Of a stretch of DNA of 64,000 bases, positions 17,008 through 27,246 are shown in pieces. The first letter of the stretch is position 1. Each line of letters opens with the position of its first letter. The DNA lies in contig CAWIAD010000002.1 in NCBI GenBank assembly GCA_963833985.1, positions 1,248,001 through 1,312,000 on the forward strand, written 5' to 3'. The position numbers were made by a program, and so were the translations under genes. The stretch is from an uncultured Planctomycetaceae bacterium. GTDB taxonomy: Bacteria > Planctomycetota > Planctomycetia > Isosphaerales > Isosphaeraceae. Under the pieces are notes generated by a model. The model searched no databases. It was not told where the DNA came from and was given only the letters and a program-made list of their open reading frames with translations.

Positions 17008-18366
17008 TCAACCCTCGCTGGCGCCTGGCACGGGAATGCGAGCGTGATCCGCTCCTCCTCCCGCGTCTCGACGGCGCGAGGTGGAAACGAGCTGACGTCC
17101 GTCGTACGAAAGACCCCGCCGTCGAGGCTCGACGAGAATTTCTCTGGGCGGAGTCTGGTTGATGAAGTAGATCGGGCTACCTGTCAAACCGTAGGCACCG
17201 GAGCAGCAGACCGCCAGGAGATCCCCGACTTCCAGGGAAGGCAGCATGGCCTTGCGGGCAAAGGTATCGTGAGGAGTGCAAAGTGGTCCCGCCAGGCAAT
17301 ACGGTCGCTCTGCTCCGGCAGGCTTTGCGCCGGAGACCCTGATGATCTCATAAGGCTCGCCGAGAAGTCCGAGATGCCGGCATGCGCCGAGATTGTGATG
17401 CATACCGCCGTCACAGATCGCAATCTCGTCTCCTCCAGATGATTTGAGGTAGAGCACTCGCGTCAGATAACAACCGGCCTCGCCAGCAAGATAGCGGCCG
17501 GTCTCCAGCACGAACCGCGTCTCCTCGAAGCCAGCGCTTCCACGCAGTTCCACGAGCATGGGGCGGAGGCGCCGGGCGAGCGCTGGAAGGTCAACGGGCT
17601 CGGCCGCCACGGTATAGGGGATACCCAGGCCAGCACCGAGCACGAGCAGCTCAGGCCGGAGCCTGAACCTGGAAACGGCGGGAACGCATGCCCGCAGGAA
17701 CCGTCCCATGTTCTCGGCAATCTGGCCGGCATCACAAAACTGTCCACCTTGATACGTGTGAAAACCACGTAAACAAAGGCGGGGAAGGCGAGCAATCTGT
17801 TCCAGGGCGTCGTGGAAGCAGCTCTCGGCAATCCCGAACTTGTCGGGGATTCGGAGTGCCTGCTCGCTCGCAGGGGGCGCTGGCCTGGCGAGGGCCAGGC
17901 GAACCAGCACGGACTGCGGACTCTCGCCGTGCCCCGCCGGGACGTGGTGATGCAATCGTTCGGCCTCCTCCACGGATTCCAGCACAACGTAGCCGATCCG
18001 CTGACTGGCCGCGGCCCGCAGTTCCTTGTCGGTCTTGCCGGGACCTGTGAAGCTGAGTTGCTCGGCGGACCAGCCGGCCGCCGTGGCGAGAGAGATCTCT
18101 CCTGCGGACGACACATCCAGCAGCTCGGCGTGCCCACGGAGCCTGCTCAGGAGCGCGGGGTTGGGATTACTCTTGACGGCGTAGCTGATGTCCAGAATGT
18201 CGTCGAACGCGCGGCGCAGCATGCGAATGCGGTCGTGGATCTGATCCATGAAGTAGACGTAGCAGGGCGTCTCGTACCGCTCGGCGATTGCGCCCAGCAG
18301 CGGGTGCAAGAGGGCCGCGGCATCCGTGCCCGCAAGCTGGGGTAAGTTGATCCGCTTCATCTGCAT
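17008..18366 (-). CDS. PLP-dependent group IV decarboxylase (diaminopimelate decarboxylase/BtrK-like)
   Basis: TPCYVY, SYAVKSNP (PLP Lys), FTGPGK, KFGI, ETGRYL, DGGMHH, GPLCT, GAYG. Confidence 0.9.
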   Translation of the reverse strand: MQMKRINLPQLAGTDAAALLHPLLGAIAERYETPCYVYFMDQIHDRIRMLRRAFDDILDISYAVKSNPNPALLSRLRGHAELLDVSSAGEISLATAAGWSAEQLSFTGPGKTDKELRAAASQRIGYVVLESVEEAERLHHHVPAGHGESPQSVLVRLALARPAPPASEQALRIPDKFGIAESCFHDALEQIARLPRLCLRGFHTYQGGQFCDAGQIAENMGRFLRACVPAVSRFRLRPELLVLGAGLGIPYTVAAEPVDLPALARRLRPMLVELRGSAGFEETRFVLETGRYLAGEAGCYLTRVLYLKSSGGDEIAICDGGMHHNLGACRHLGLLGEPYEIIRVSGAKPAGAERPYCLAGPLCTPHDTFARKAMLPSLEVGDLLAVCCSGAYGLTGSPIYFINQTPPREILVEPRRRGLSYDGRQLVSTSRRRDAGGGADHARIPVPGASEG

Positions 18367-18463
18367 TCCGTCAAAGGGGGACCTGCGTCATGAACTGGAA
18401 GCGGCTCGCCGCGCGCGTTCGACGGGGGGGTCTCTCGGACGCTTGAGACACGGAAGCTCATGT

Positions 18464-19321
18464 CTATGTCGGGAAGATCGGTCGGAAATGCCTGCGCAGC
18501 CAGTCGTTCGCCTGCAAGTCAATGGCCAGAGTGATGCGATCTGTCGTGCCAAAGTTCCACATATTATGATAATATATTGTATTGAAATAATAGAGCGCAC
18601 CTGGCGGAAGCTGATAGATCTTGATGGCATCCTGGTTGGCCGCTACGAACATCTGGTACCACGATTCCATCTGGGCTCGCCCCACGCCTTCCCCGGCCCA
18701 ATCCTTCGTGGTGCAGAACCGACGATCCGGGACAGTGAACTCCTCGAGCTGCGTTGCCGAGCTGACCATGAGGAAAGCCTGGTCATTGGTGACGATCGGA
18801 ATCTGAAATCGCTTGATCTCGGGGCTGAGGTCGATGTCCGCGTGCAACGTGTAGCTGGTACCTGGCGCCCGTCGCAGCAGGCGAAACGAGACGATCTCAC
18901 ACGAGAAAGCCTCGAACAGCTCCTCGAGGTACGGGCAGCCGTCAAGGCGTTCCGCAGGCGGTTCGGGAGATCCGTGACCCTCAGGGAGGACCCAGTTGTT
19001 GCCGTGCTCCCTCCCCGAGGCCGAAAGCCGACGAAACGTGAGCGGCAGGCTGTGGCCGTACCGGCCCCGGCTCCAGTCCCAGCCCGCAATCGCGTGCCGC
19101 ATGTCGGCGACCAGGCGGTCCAGGTCAAGTTTCAAGAACGTGTAAAGGTCCCCATGAGCCGCGCGGCCAGCGATCGGGCGCACGATTGCCGGGTGCAGAG
19201 TCTCGACCAAGGATACTGGTGGAACGCTTGGTTTCCCCAAAGGACCTGCTCCTCGGCTCCTTGACCGGATGATTCCTCTGATTCGATCATCATCGAAGTC
19301 GACCACTCTGTTGCAGATCAT
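18464..19321 (-). CDS. Aspartyl/asparaginyl beta-hydroxylase-family Fe(II)/2OG oxygenase
   Basis: LHAD, RFQIPIVTN, FNT..YH..WN.G..DRI.L.ID; start overlaps the stop of the upstream gene. Confidence 0.82.
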   Translation of the reverse strand: MICNRVVDFDDDRIRGIIRSRSRGAGPLGKPSVPPVSLVETLHPAIVRPIAGRAAHGDLYTFLKLDLDRLVADMRHAIAGWDWSRGRYGHSLPLTFRRLSASGREHGNNWVLPEGHGSPEPPAERLDGCPYLEELFEAFSCEIVSFRLLRRAPGTSYTLHADIDLSPEIKRFQIPIVTNDQAFLMVSSATQLEEFTVPDRRFCTTKDWAGEGVGRAQMESWYQMFVAANQDAIKIYQLPPGALYYFNTIYYHNMWNFGTTDRITLAIDLQANDWLRRHFRPIFPT

Positions 19322-20406
19322 CCCGCTTCTCGGTGCTTCTCGGCGGCATCCGCGCGAACTTCCGCGTACACTGGAAAATCATCACCGATGCTCACACCAA
19401 CGACCATGGCGGTCACCGGACCGAGCGTCACACCACGGCCGGGCAACACCGGCTCTTCACGCACGCAGGCTCCGTCGCCCCGAGACAGCTGCACCAGGTT
19501 GAGGAAGATATTGGTCGCAAACGAGCCGGAGGGGACCTCCCGCATCGACGGATACGCTCTGCCTTGTTCATCGAGGACCCGGGGCAGAGATCTTCGCCTC
19601 CTCAGGGTCAGGCCGACCGTGTTCGAGCCTCCCGAGAGAAACGCCTGGGCCAGCTTGCCCTGGTAATCACCGAGGTGGCCGATATTGCTCAGATAGACGT
19701 ATTCATAACGCGACGATGCAGCCAGCTCGCGGATGTCAGCCAGACCGACGCGCAGCACCGTGTGACAAAGTCGTTCTTTAAGAAGATCATAGGTGTTTTC
19801 CGTAAGGAAAGCATCGATCCGCTGCTGTGCGGCCGGGTGATAGCACAGCCTGTGACGGACGAGCCTGGAGTTGTCGGCGTCCCGTGCGTTGACAGTCGCC
19901 AGCATGCGGTAATGCGGTTGCCGGAGCAAATCAAAATACGTCCGAGCCGGAGGTGAAAGCCAGGCGCGTAGGGACTCATATCCCGCTTCATCGAAGAAGG
20001 GCCCGCAATATGTGTTGTCGTTGATTTCGGGGAGCTTGAAGAGTCGCAAATACTCGATTAGCGACAATTGCTCAACGGCTAGGAATTTCAGCTCCGTCAA
20101 GAACAGCGCAAAGGGGGAAAGATCCATCACGCGAATCGAGGCGCAGCCCTTCGAGACGAAAAGGAGCGGCAGGTCCCCGCAGCCCGCAACCGTCAAGACG
20201 TTCCGGCCCGCGAGATCGACCGTCCTGGCCAGTACACCGAATGGGTCAGATGAGTTAACATAGAGAACAGTGCTCACGTCCTCAATCGATGTGAGCGTTT
20301 GTCCTGGCAGGCCGTCGGCGAGGCTGTGCATCAGGCAAGAGACGCGCTCCGCGGTGAGACCGGAGGAAGCGTACTCGGATTCCAGTTGCTCCGCTACAAA
20401 GCTCAT
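19318..20406 (-). CDS. DUF3419/BtaA-like SAM-dependent transferase (candidate 3-amino-3-carboxypropyl transferase)
   Basis: VLTVAGCGD, D.S...LFLTELKFLA...L...EYL.LF, YVYLSNI. Confidence 0.68.
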   Translation of the reverse strand: MSFVAEQLESEYASSGLTAERVSCLMHSLADGLPGQTLTSIEDVSTVLYVNSSDPFGVLARTVDLAGRNVLTVAGCGDLPLLFVSKGCASIRVMDLSPFALFLTELKFLAVEQLSLIEYLRLFKLPEINDNTYCGPFFDEAGYESLRAWLSPPARTYFDLLRQPHYRMLATVNARDADNSRLVRHRLCYHPAAQQRIDAFLTENTYDLLKERLCHTVLRVGLADIRELAASSRYEYVYLSNIGHLGDYQGKLAQAFLSGGSNTVGLTLRRRRSLPRVLDEQGRAYPSMREVPSGSFATNIFLNLVQLSRGDGACVREEPVLPGRGVTLGPVTAMVVGVSIGDDFPVYAEVRADAAEKHREAG

Positions 20407-20772
20407 GATGATTCCCCGTGCTCGCGGACCGGCAATCAACTGCGCCCTCGTGGTACGCCTCACTGGGGGTTACGCCAGAGAGTCTCTGCCAGGACTGAAA
20501 CGGCGGCCGACCGTGCCGTCCCGGGTCCCTGGCAAGCTCCACTGGGACCCGCTGCCCGTGCGGCCGGTCTTGAAGCAAGCGCTGCTCAGGCACCCTTCAG
20601 GATCAGGATCCTGCCACCTGGGACCGCTCGGCGAGAAGCAGAGCGGGATGACGGGGCAAGTCCTCATCATAGCGAGGTCGAATGGGCCGGTCAAAGCCGA
20701 GTTCTCGTAGCCCCTTCATGCTGCTCGATAGCCCAATCCGCTGGCGAAGGCCAGTGGAAACCGCATTCAGCA

Positions 20773-20781
20773 TGATATAAT
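20773..20781 (+). promoter_or_regulatory. Candidate extended -10 promoter element
   Basis: TGATATAAT (TGnTATAAT) in an AT-rich patch of the divergent intergenic region. Confidence 0.35.
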
Positions 20782-21155
20782 ATGGAAGTGCGACAATATA
20801 AGCAAACACAAAACTCAGTGCTGTCGCGAGTGATCACTGTCAGCTCCTGGATTGGCATCGGGCGGCTTCAATGGGGCCCGGATTCGCCTCTGTGTCATCC
20901 TCCCCGTGGTCATGGCGGCAGGGGAGGCCCGGCGAGTTGGCGCCCGAGCCCCATCCTGTAACGGAAACGGCTTGCTCAAGGACTGATCCGGTGCATAATG
21001 AAGAGCCGGAAGTCCAATCGTCGATCCGGCGCGTTCGGTCGGTATTTGCCCCTGGCTCAGGTCCTGTCACGCGCTGGACCCAGGCTGCGGTGGCAGGGGC
21101 GATACGGGCGATCCTTTCCACGAGCTTTTTGCCAACCCACGAGGATGCGGGACCT

Positions 21156-21533
21156 ATGGACCGACTGGCGGCGGATCAGGTGCACCTCATTCTGCAAGAC
21201 CTGCCTGAGTTCTCACCGCAAGGGCGCTCGGTGCTGCGACTCTACCGGTCGCCGGAGAGCGAAATCTTGCTCGTCTGCTGGGAGCCCGGGCAGGAGAGCT
21301 CCACACACGATCATGGATCGTCGGAGTCTATTGTCCATGTGCTCCAAGGCAGCCTGATTGCCAATCCGGGTGGCCGGCTGATCCGCGAGCGAGAAATGGT
21401 GATCACGCCGCGCGGTGCGATCCACCAGCTTGTGAACAGCTCTTCGTCTCGAGCCGTGAGCCTGCATGTGTACAGTCCCCGTTTGCACACCCCGATCTCG
21501 CCTCCCTTCAAGGACCTGACTCAGGTCCCCTGA
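21156..21533 (+). CDS. Cysteine dioxygenase-like cupin
   Basis: CWEPGQESSTHDH, IHQLVN, SLHVYSP. Confidence 0.85.
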   Translation: MDRLAADQVHLILQDLPEFSPQGRSVLRLYRSPESEILLVCWEPGQESSTHDHGSSESIVHVLQGSLIANPGGRLIREREMVITPRGAIHQLVNSSSSRAVSLHVYSPRLHTPISPPFKDLTQVP

Positions 21534-21658
21534 ATGGTCGATGGCGAGCTGAGTATGTTCCACTTTGGCTTCGGCCGCGCCGCCGGTGACAACCTCGTCT
21601 TCAGGTCGCGAGAATCAAGGATAGCCGCAGGGCCCCTGGAGCCGGACACGGAGATCCG

Positions 21659-23703
21659 TCAACACCGAGCCACCCGGGAGGCGCCGAGGACGCTTTCCGT
21701 GCTGTCGCCGGGCCCCAGGTCAGGACGCACGCGCACATAGCCGCGCACGTTACGGATGCGGTCGAACCAATGGTTGAACTGGCCGGCATCACAGGTCGCG
21801 GGATTCAGCGTGACCAGGTCTTCCTTCGGTAAGGACTCAGGATTTCGATCGAAAAGGTACTCTCCGGCGCGCAGAGTGCGAAATGGGACAGGTCGTGCAG
21901 GTAATTCGTGGCACTCCAGGCGGACACGTCGTGCCCGAGCTCCACGCGGTTGGGCCGACCATGATCGGCAGCGCCGTAGTATGCCAGTGTGAAATCTCTG
22001 AGTGACTCGAGCTCCACGGCCGTCGTCCTCGGACGACCCGGATCCGCGTCGGGAAGGCACTGGACCAGAGTCTCGAGCACCAGTTCGACGAGCGCCGGGA
22101 CGAGATCGTTTCGGATGAGATGGTGCGCGAAGAGGAAGCCAACGCGCGTGAGCCGATGCTCTCGCGAGAATCTCTGCCTGACCGCGCAGCAGCTCGTCAT
22201 GGGAACAGTAGAGCTCGGACTCGAGTTGATCTTGCAGGTAGGCAAGCGATGCCGACACGGCAGGAGATTGGGCGGCGCGCTTGATGACCCGGAAGAACAG
22301 CTCTGATTCGATGAGGCCTCGGGAACGAGCGAAGCGTGAAATGGGTTCACCCAGTCCGCAGTGGTGCCAGAACGCCGTCAGTGAATGAAAATGGCGGAGT
22401 GTGAAGTAGTCGGCCTGTGACAGGGTGCTGGTGGCGATGACGATCTCCTCGGATTCAATGACGATCTCTTTGCCGTCGAGCTCGAGGATGCAGCCGTCCG
22501 ACAGTCGAAACCGCGTCTCCAGCCCGAATTGCTCTCGCGCCCGGGGGGACGCGAGCTCGGTACCGGGTATGAGCACGAGATTGAACATATCAACCTTATC
22601 AACTCCTTGCTCGTAGAGGCTGCCCAGGCTGCGACGGAAGGAGCCGAGCGAGTCGCCGGGGAGCCCGACGATGAGGTCCGACGCGGTAAAAAGGTTCTTC
22701 GAGCGGGCGTAGTCCGCGAGGTCCCGATAGTCGGACAGCCGGATGTTCTGACGCTTGATGTTCTCCAGCACTTCCGCGTTCAGCGACTGGACCGCGAGCA
22801 GGAAGCGGACTTTCTTGCCGAGGATTTCCGCAATTTCCACAAGCCGTCGGCTCGAGTTCTTTGCGTACCAGAGGTGGATCTGAGCCGGATAGCCATGTGT
22901 ATTCCAGAGCTTCTCGAGGTGCGTGGCGATGGCGCGGTCGCGGCCAAGGATACCGAAGTTGGCGTCCGCGATGGTGAGATGGTCATTCCCGCGGCGCGCC
23001 GGGCAATATAGCTCAATTCCTCGCACACCCGATCGAAGCTGAATTGATGGATCTTCGCGACAGTCGCCGACCCCCAATTGCAGAACGTGCAAGAGAAAGG
23101 GCAGCCGCGGTTGGTCTCGACAATGGGCGTGAAACCCCGGTCGAGGAAACGATCGAGCAACCCGCTCAGGTACGGCGACGGCACCTGATCGAGATCCTTC
23201 AGGCGTTCCGGGGCACCGCCATGGCAGAGCTGGCCGTCGCGCAGGTAGCCCAGGCCAGCGCCTGGCAACGCATCGAGACTGCCGCCGAGGACGGCCTCGA
23301 TGATGGCGGCGAACGTCCGCTCGCCCTCGCCGATGACATAGTAATCCAGCAGGGGACGGTGTTTCAGGAACGCCCACGCGGCGGCGCTTTCAGCGTCATC
23401 GAAATGAGGTCCCCCCTGGATGGTGATCGTGGCCGAATTCGACTCCTTGGCGCGACGGAGGCATTCGTAAGAGAGCGCCGTGTTCCAGACATAGTTGCTG
23501 GAAGCAACGATGTCGTAGCGGGTCGCCGCCAACGCCGCCAGAATCCGGTCCACCTCGCGCTCGATGTCGATGCGGACCTCCTGGCCAAACCGGCTAAGGA
23601 CGTACGATGCCAGCAGGCCGGCGCCCAGGGGCATGTACCAGTACGGTGTATGCCTCCCGTAGACGGGGTCGATCAGCAGGATATGCAGTGGTCTGCTGGC
23701 CAT
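21659..23703 (-). CDS. Cobalamin-binding radical SAM protein, apparently split by three frameshifts (~22985, ~22170, ~21870)
   Basis: SNYVWN, GGPH, GEGE, PSPYLSG, ETNRGCPFSCTFC.W in the first frame; IADANFG, QSL, LIVGLPG, IPGTEL in the next. Confidence 0.85.
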
Positions 23704-23799
23704 GAGAACTTCCCGATCGGATGCTGCCGCTTGCGGCCTGACTCATGAGCGAGTTGCCGTGCAAGGGTTGGATATCAGATGTGTGAATTCACAAGAGCG

Positions 23800-24531
23800 T
23801 CATTCCAGACCGATCCGGCAATTGCCAAGGCAAACCTCCGTGACCCTGCCGTCGGTGCCGCAGTCCGTCCGCGCGTGCAGGAATCGGTGGTTCGAAAACG
23901 CAATCAATTCCCCCGCGCGGAGAGTGGCGCGCACGTGGAGATCGGTCCAGATCGGGCAGAGGCGGATGAGCTCGTCGAACAGCTCTCCTTCACGCTGAGT
24001 GAGCTCGAGGTGGCTGGCCTTGTCCGCGGCACGGCGGTCGAACACCCGGGTCACGCCCCGAGGATGATCGCGGGGCACCAAGGGTACGAGCGGCCTTCCA
24101 CCCTCCGCGAGGTTCAGGATCCGAGGCTCGTGGAGCATGTGAAGAATGTCGTTGCGCCCGAGCGACGTGAGCCGTTCCATCACGTCGTCGATGTGGACCA
24201 GGAGATTCGCACCGCCCGTCGGGTCGGGGTGCACACAGCGGATGATCGTATACATCGGAGGCACAAGATAACGCGTCATGTCAGTATGGAATGCCAGGAA
24301 ACCGTGTCGCTGGGAGGTGTATTGACCGGAATCCTCGTCGATGCGGCAGACCCAGACGCCCTCCTTCCAGAATGGATGATCCGTCCACGCCTTGAACCAG
24401 GGCATCAGCGCGGCGAGCAGCTCGAGCAGCTCAGCCGGTGCGTCCGGCAGCTTCTTGATCAAGACCGCCTGGGAATGTAACGGATCATGCGTGATCGGGC
24501 AGGAGTCGAGTTCGTCCCACGTGTCCACCAC
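23800..24531 (-). CDS. TauD/TfdA-family Fe(II)/2OG dioxygenase
   Basis: FHTD, GGAN, NHRFLHAR. Confidence 0.85.
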   Translation of the reverse strand: MVDTWDELDSCPITHDPLHSQAVLIKKLPDAPAELLELLAALMPWFKAWTDHPFWKEGVWVCRIDEDSGQYTSQRHGFLAFHTDMTRYLVPPMYTIIRCVHPDPTGGANLLVHIDDVMERLTSLGRNDILHMLHEPRILNLAEGGRPLVPLVPRDHPRGVTRVFDRRAADKASHLELTQREGELFDELIRLCPIWTDLHVRATLRAGELIAFSNHRFLHARTDCGTDGRVTEVCLGNCRIGLE

Positions 24532-25137
24532 GCGAAGCCTTCGCGCCCGCCCCGGGACAAGGTTCGCTCAGGCTCCATCCGAATTGCGCGCTCGCTGCCA
24601 TTGTGGTCAGCCCCGTCATGCCCTGGTACCAACCCCGGACGGAAATCACGGAGAGCAGACAGCGCGTGCACCGAATCACCGACTGGCGATGCTCCGCACC
24701 AGAACCCGGTCGTAGGTTATCACAACCCGTCTGCGTATCAAGATGCCGCCAGGCGTCCCGCCGGGTCTCCCAAACAGGGATCGCCGAGTCTTTCATGCTG
24801 GCCCAGCGCGCTCAGCCCCGCTATGATCGTGGGCCGGGACAGGACCGCTGGCCGGGGCCACGACCCAGAGACCGCCCCAGCCCGGGTCGCACGCTTCCGC
24901 GATTGCTCATAGTCGACGCCGTCGCCTTTCCATCCCTGGGTACTGGAAGCTGAGACCTTCGCCGAGTTCGTTAGATCATCCTGCAAGCCTTGTCAGTCGC
25001 GGATTCGGGCAGACGGGCCTTTTGGAATCCATTGGTGGAAACCTGCTCTTGCGGGTACATCAGCACATCCAGACCCGCCTGCAAGCGGAAAAACGATCGC
25101 AAACCACCTCACCCGGCGCCGCCACCGAGGGACCCTC

Positions 25138-25911
25138 ATGACCGCGAATGTGGAGCATCCGGCAATCCGCTCAATGAACCTGGCCGATCTCGTCGAGGAA
25201 TTGGTCCAGCACCCGATCTACGCATTGATCCGCGACGAGGACTCCCTGTGCAGGTTCATGCAGAGCCACGTGTTTTGCGTGTGGGACTTCCAGTCGTTGC
25301 TGAAGGCCTTGCAGCGCCGGCTGACCTGCGTGGACATCCCCTGGCTACCTTCCGGCGACCCTGAAGCGCGTCGGCTCATCAACGAGATCGTGCTCGATGA
25401 GGAGAGCGACGCGATGCCGGACGGCGGTTATCTGTCACACTTCGAGCTCTATCTCCGCGCGATGCAGGTCTGCGGGGCGGACACCGGGCCAATCCTGGAG
25501 TTCACGCAATCGATCCGCGACGGCCGCACCGTGGATGACGCACTGGGCGAGACGGTGCTGCCGGACGGTGTCGCTGCGTTCGTCGCGCACACGCTTCGTC
25601 TCGCGCGGCACGCCGAAGTACACCGCATCGCCGCGGCCTTCACGTATGGCCGCGAGGACGTGATTCCGTCCATATTTCAGCAGATGGTGGGCCGTCTTTC
25701 GGCGCACTCCGGAAATCAGTGGGAGCTCTTCCTGCTCTACCTGAACCGGCACATCGAGCACGATGGGGAGCGGCACGGGCCGCTTTCCAGGGCACTGGTC
25801 GCGCGCTTATGCGGTGACGATCACAAGCTTTGGAGCGAGGCCGAGCAAACCGCGCGGGCCTGTTTGAGGGCCCGGCTCGACCTCTGGGACCGCATCGCCG
25901 CCCGGCTTTGA
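25138..25911 (+). CDS. DUF3050 family heme-oxygenase-like (putative diiron) protein
   Basis: FM..HVF.VWDF.SLLKALQ, RLINEIVLDEESD, SHFELY, FTYGREDVIP, YLNRHIEHD..HGP. Confidence 0.88.
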   Translation: MTANVEHPAIRSMNLADLVEELVQHPIYALIRDEDSLCRFMQSHVFCVWDFQSLLKALQRRLTCVDIPWLPSGDPEARRLINEIVLDEESDAMPDGGYLSHFELYLRAMQVCGADTGPILEFTQSIRDGRTVDDALGETVLPDGVAAFVAHTLRLARHAEVHRIAAAFTYGREDVIPSIFQQMVGRLSAHSGNQWELFLLYLNRHIEHDGERHGPLSRALVARLCGDDHKLWSEAEQTARACLRARLDLWDRIAARL

Positions 25912-26047
25912 GAGTCGTCGCGCAAGGCGGCTCCCACGGCAGGCGATTGCGGTCGACAGCCTGAATCGGGATGGATTCTCCCCGCACGCTCCACTCGCCC
26001 AGTGCCGATCAGGCCAGCGGATGCGGCAGCCCGGCGAGCCCGTCGGC

Positions 26048-26527
26048 CACTTGCTCCTGGCGAGCAAGGCGAGCCGGGCACCCGTCACCCGGAGGTAATC
26101 CTCCGGCGCGATCAGGACTTGCAGCCCTCGCAGACCTGCCGAGACCGAGATCACGTCGAAGAGCTGGGCCGTCTCATCGAGGTAAACCGGGTAGTTCTTC
26201 TTGCAGGCGAACGCGGTGACTCCACCCCGTATGTACCCGGGGAGCGGCTCGACCTCGTTCAGCGGCACCGTGTCAATCTTCCTGTCTCCGGTCGTCCTGG
26301 CCAGCGCCTTCAGGTCCAGCGCAGTGGCCCGGTACGAGCGCCAGGCAGACGTCGTGCTTGTCCCCCCGTGCGACGAGTGTCTTGAACACCTGCTCCGGTC
26401 CCATGCCGACCTTGCTGGCGACCGTCTCCGCAGACAGGTCCTCGGGATCGACCTCGTATTCCCGCAACTCGAACGGCACTCCCAGCCGCTCCAGCAGACC
26501 GACGGCGTTGTTCCTGGCTGTGGCCAC
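26048..26527 (-). pseudogene. ybaK: YbaK-family aminoacyl-tRNA deacylase; frameshift near 26325 and no stop at the expected end
   Basis: QVFKTLV, LDLKALA, GYIRGGV, VSAG.RG.Q split over two frames; end coordinate approximate. Confidence 0.8.
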
Positions 26528-26550
26528 GATGCACGTCCACCTCTCACCCC

Positions 26551-27246
26551 TCACTCGTCAGGGTCCCAGAGCCGCTTGCGGAAGTAGTCCTTCCAGCTCT
26601 CAGGGAGCCTGGGGGTCTGTGTCGCGCGGCGGAGGAGTTCCTGATTCTTCGCATCGACCGTGTAGAGCCTGACCACGTCCGCGACGGTCAACCCCTCATC
26701 CATCCGCTCGATCGGCTCGATGGCGTCTTCCGCCCCGACCTCACCCTCGGCCGTCACGGCGAGGTAGAAGCCGGTCCGGCCATTCCTGAGCATCCGCTTG
26801 AGCATGTCCATCCGGCCGAACCGGATCCCGAGCTTGTAACAGGGCATCCGCGGCTGAGTCACCACGAACTCGGCCGACCCGATCCGGAAGCGGTCGCCGA
26901 TCCGCACGTCCTCGCTCAGCCCCTCGGTGGTCAGGTTCTCCCCGAAGACGGCCTGGGGGAAGTCCACGTCCGGAAGCTCGTGGCGCCATTCCTCATAGTG
27001 CTCGGACGGGTAGACGTAGACGGCCTTGTCGATACCGCCGTGGACCGTCAGGTCCGACTGTTCGTCGCCCTCGAAGTTGAGGCTGGACACGCGCAGGCGG
27101 CGCCCGACCGGGTGCTTGAAGATCGAGGTGAGCACGGAATGGCCCTCCCATTCGACCTCGCGAGGAAGCCCGACGCTCAGCGATACGACTTTCAATCGTC
27201 CCTCCCTCCGAGCCTCTTCGTTCGAAGCCCGGTTTCCCGGCATCAA
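26551..27246 (-). CDS. MOSC domain protein (YiiM-like)
   Basis: GDEQSD..VHGG.DKAV, FGENLT, QPR.PC.KL, RTGFY. Confidence 0.92.
   Translation of the reverse strand: MMPGNRASNEEARREGRLKVVSLSVGLPREVEWEGHSVLTSIFKHPVGRRLRVSSLNFEGDEQSDLTVHGGIDKAVYVYPSEHYEEWRHELPDVDFPQAVFGENLTTEGLSEDVRIGDRFRIGSAEFVVTQPRMPCYKLGIRFGRMDMLKRMLRNGRTGFYLAVTAEGEVGAEDAIEPIERMDEGLTVADVVRLYTVDAKNQELLRRATQTPRLPESWKDYFRKRLWDPDE

Noticed and set aside
18555..18595. AT-rich patch as a regulatory site or insertion
   Set aside because: It lies inside the hydroxylase gene and is explained by the codons for YYFNTIYYHNM.
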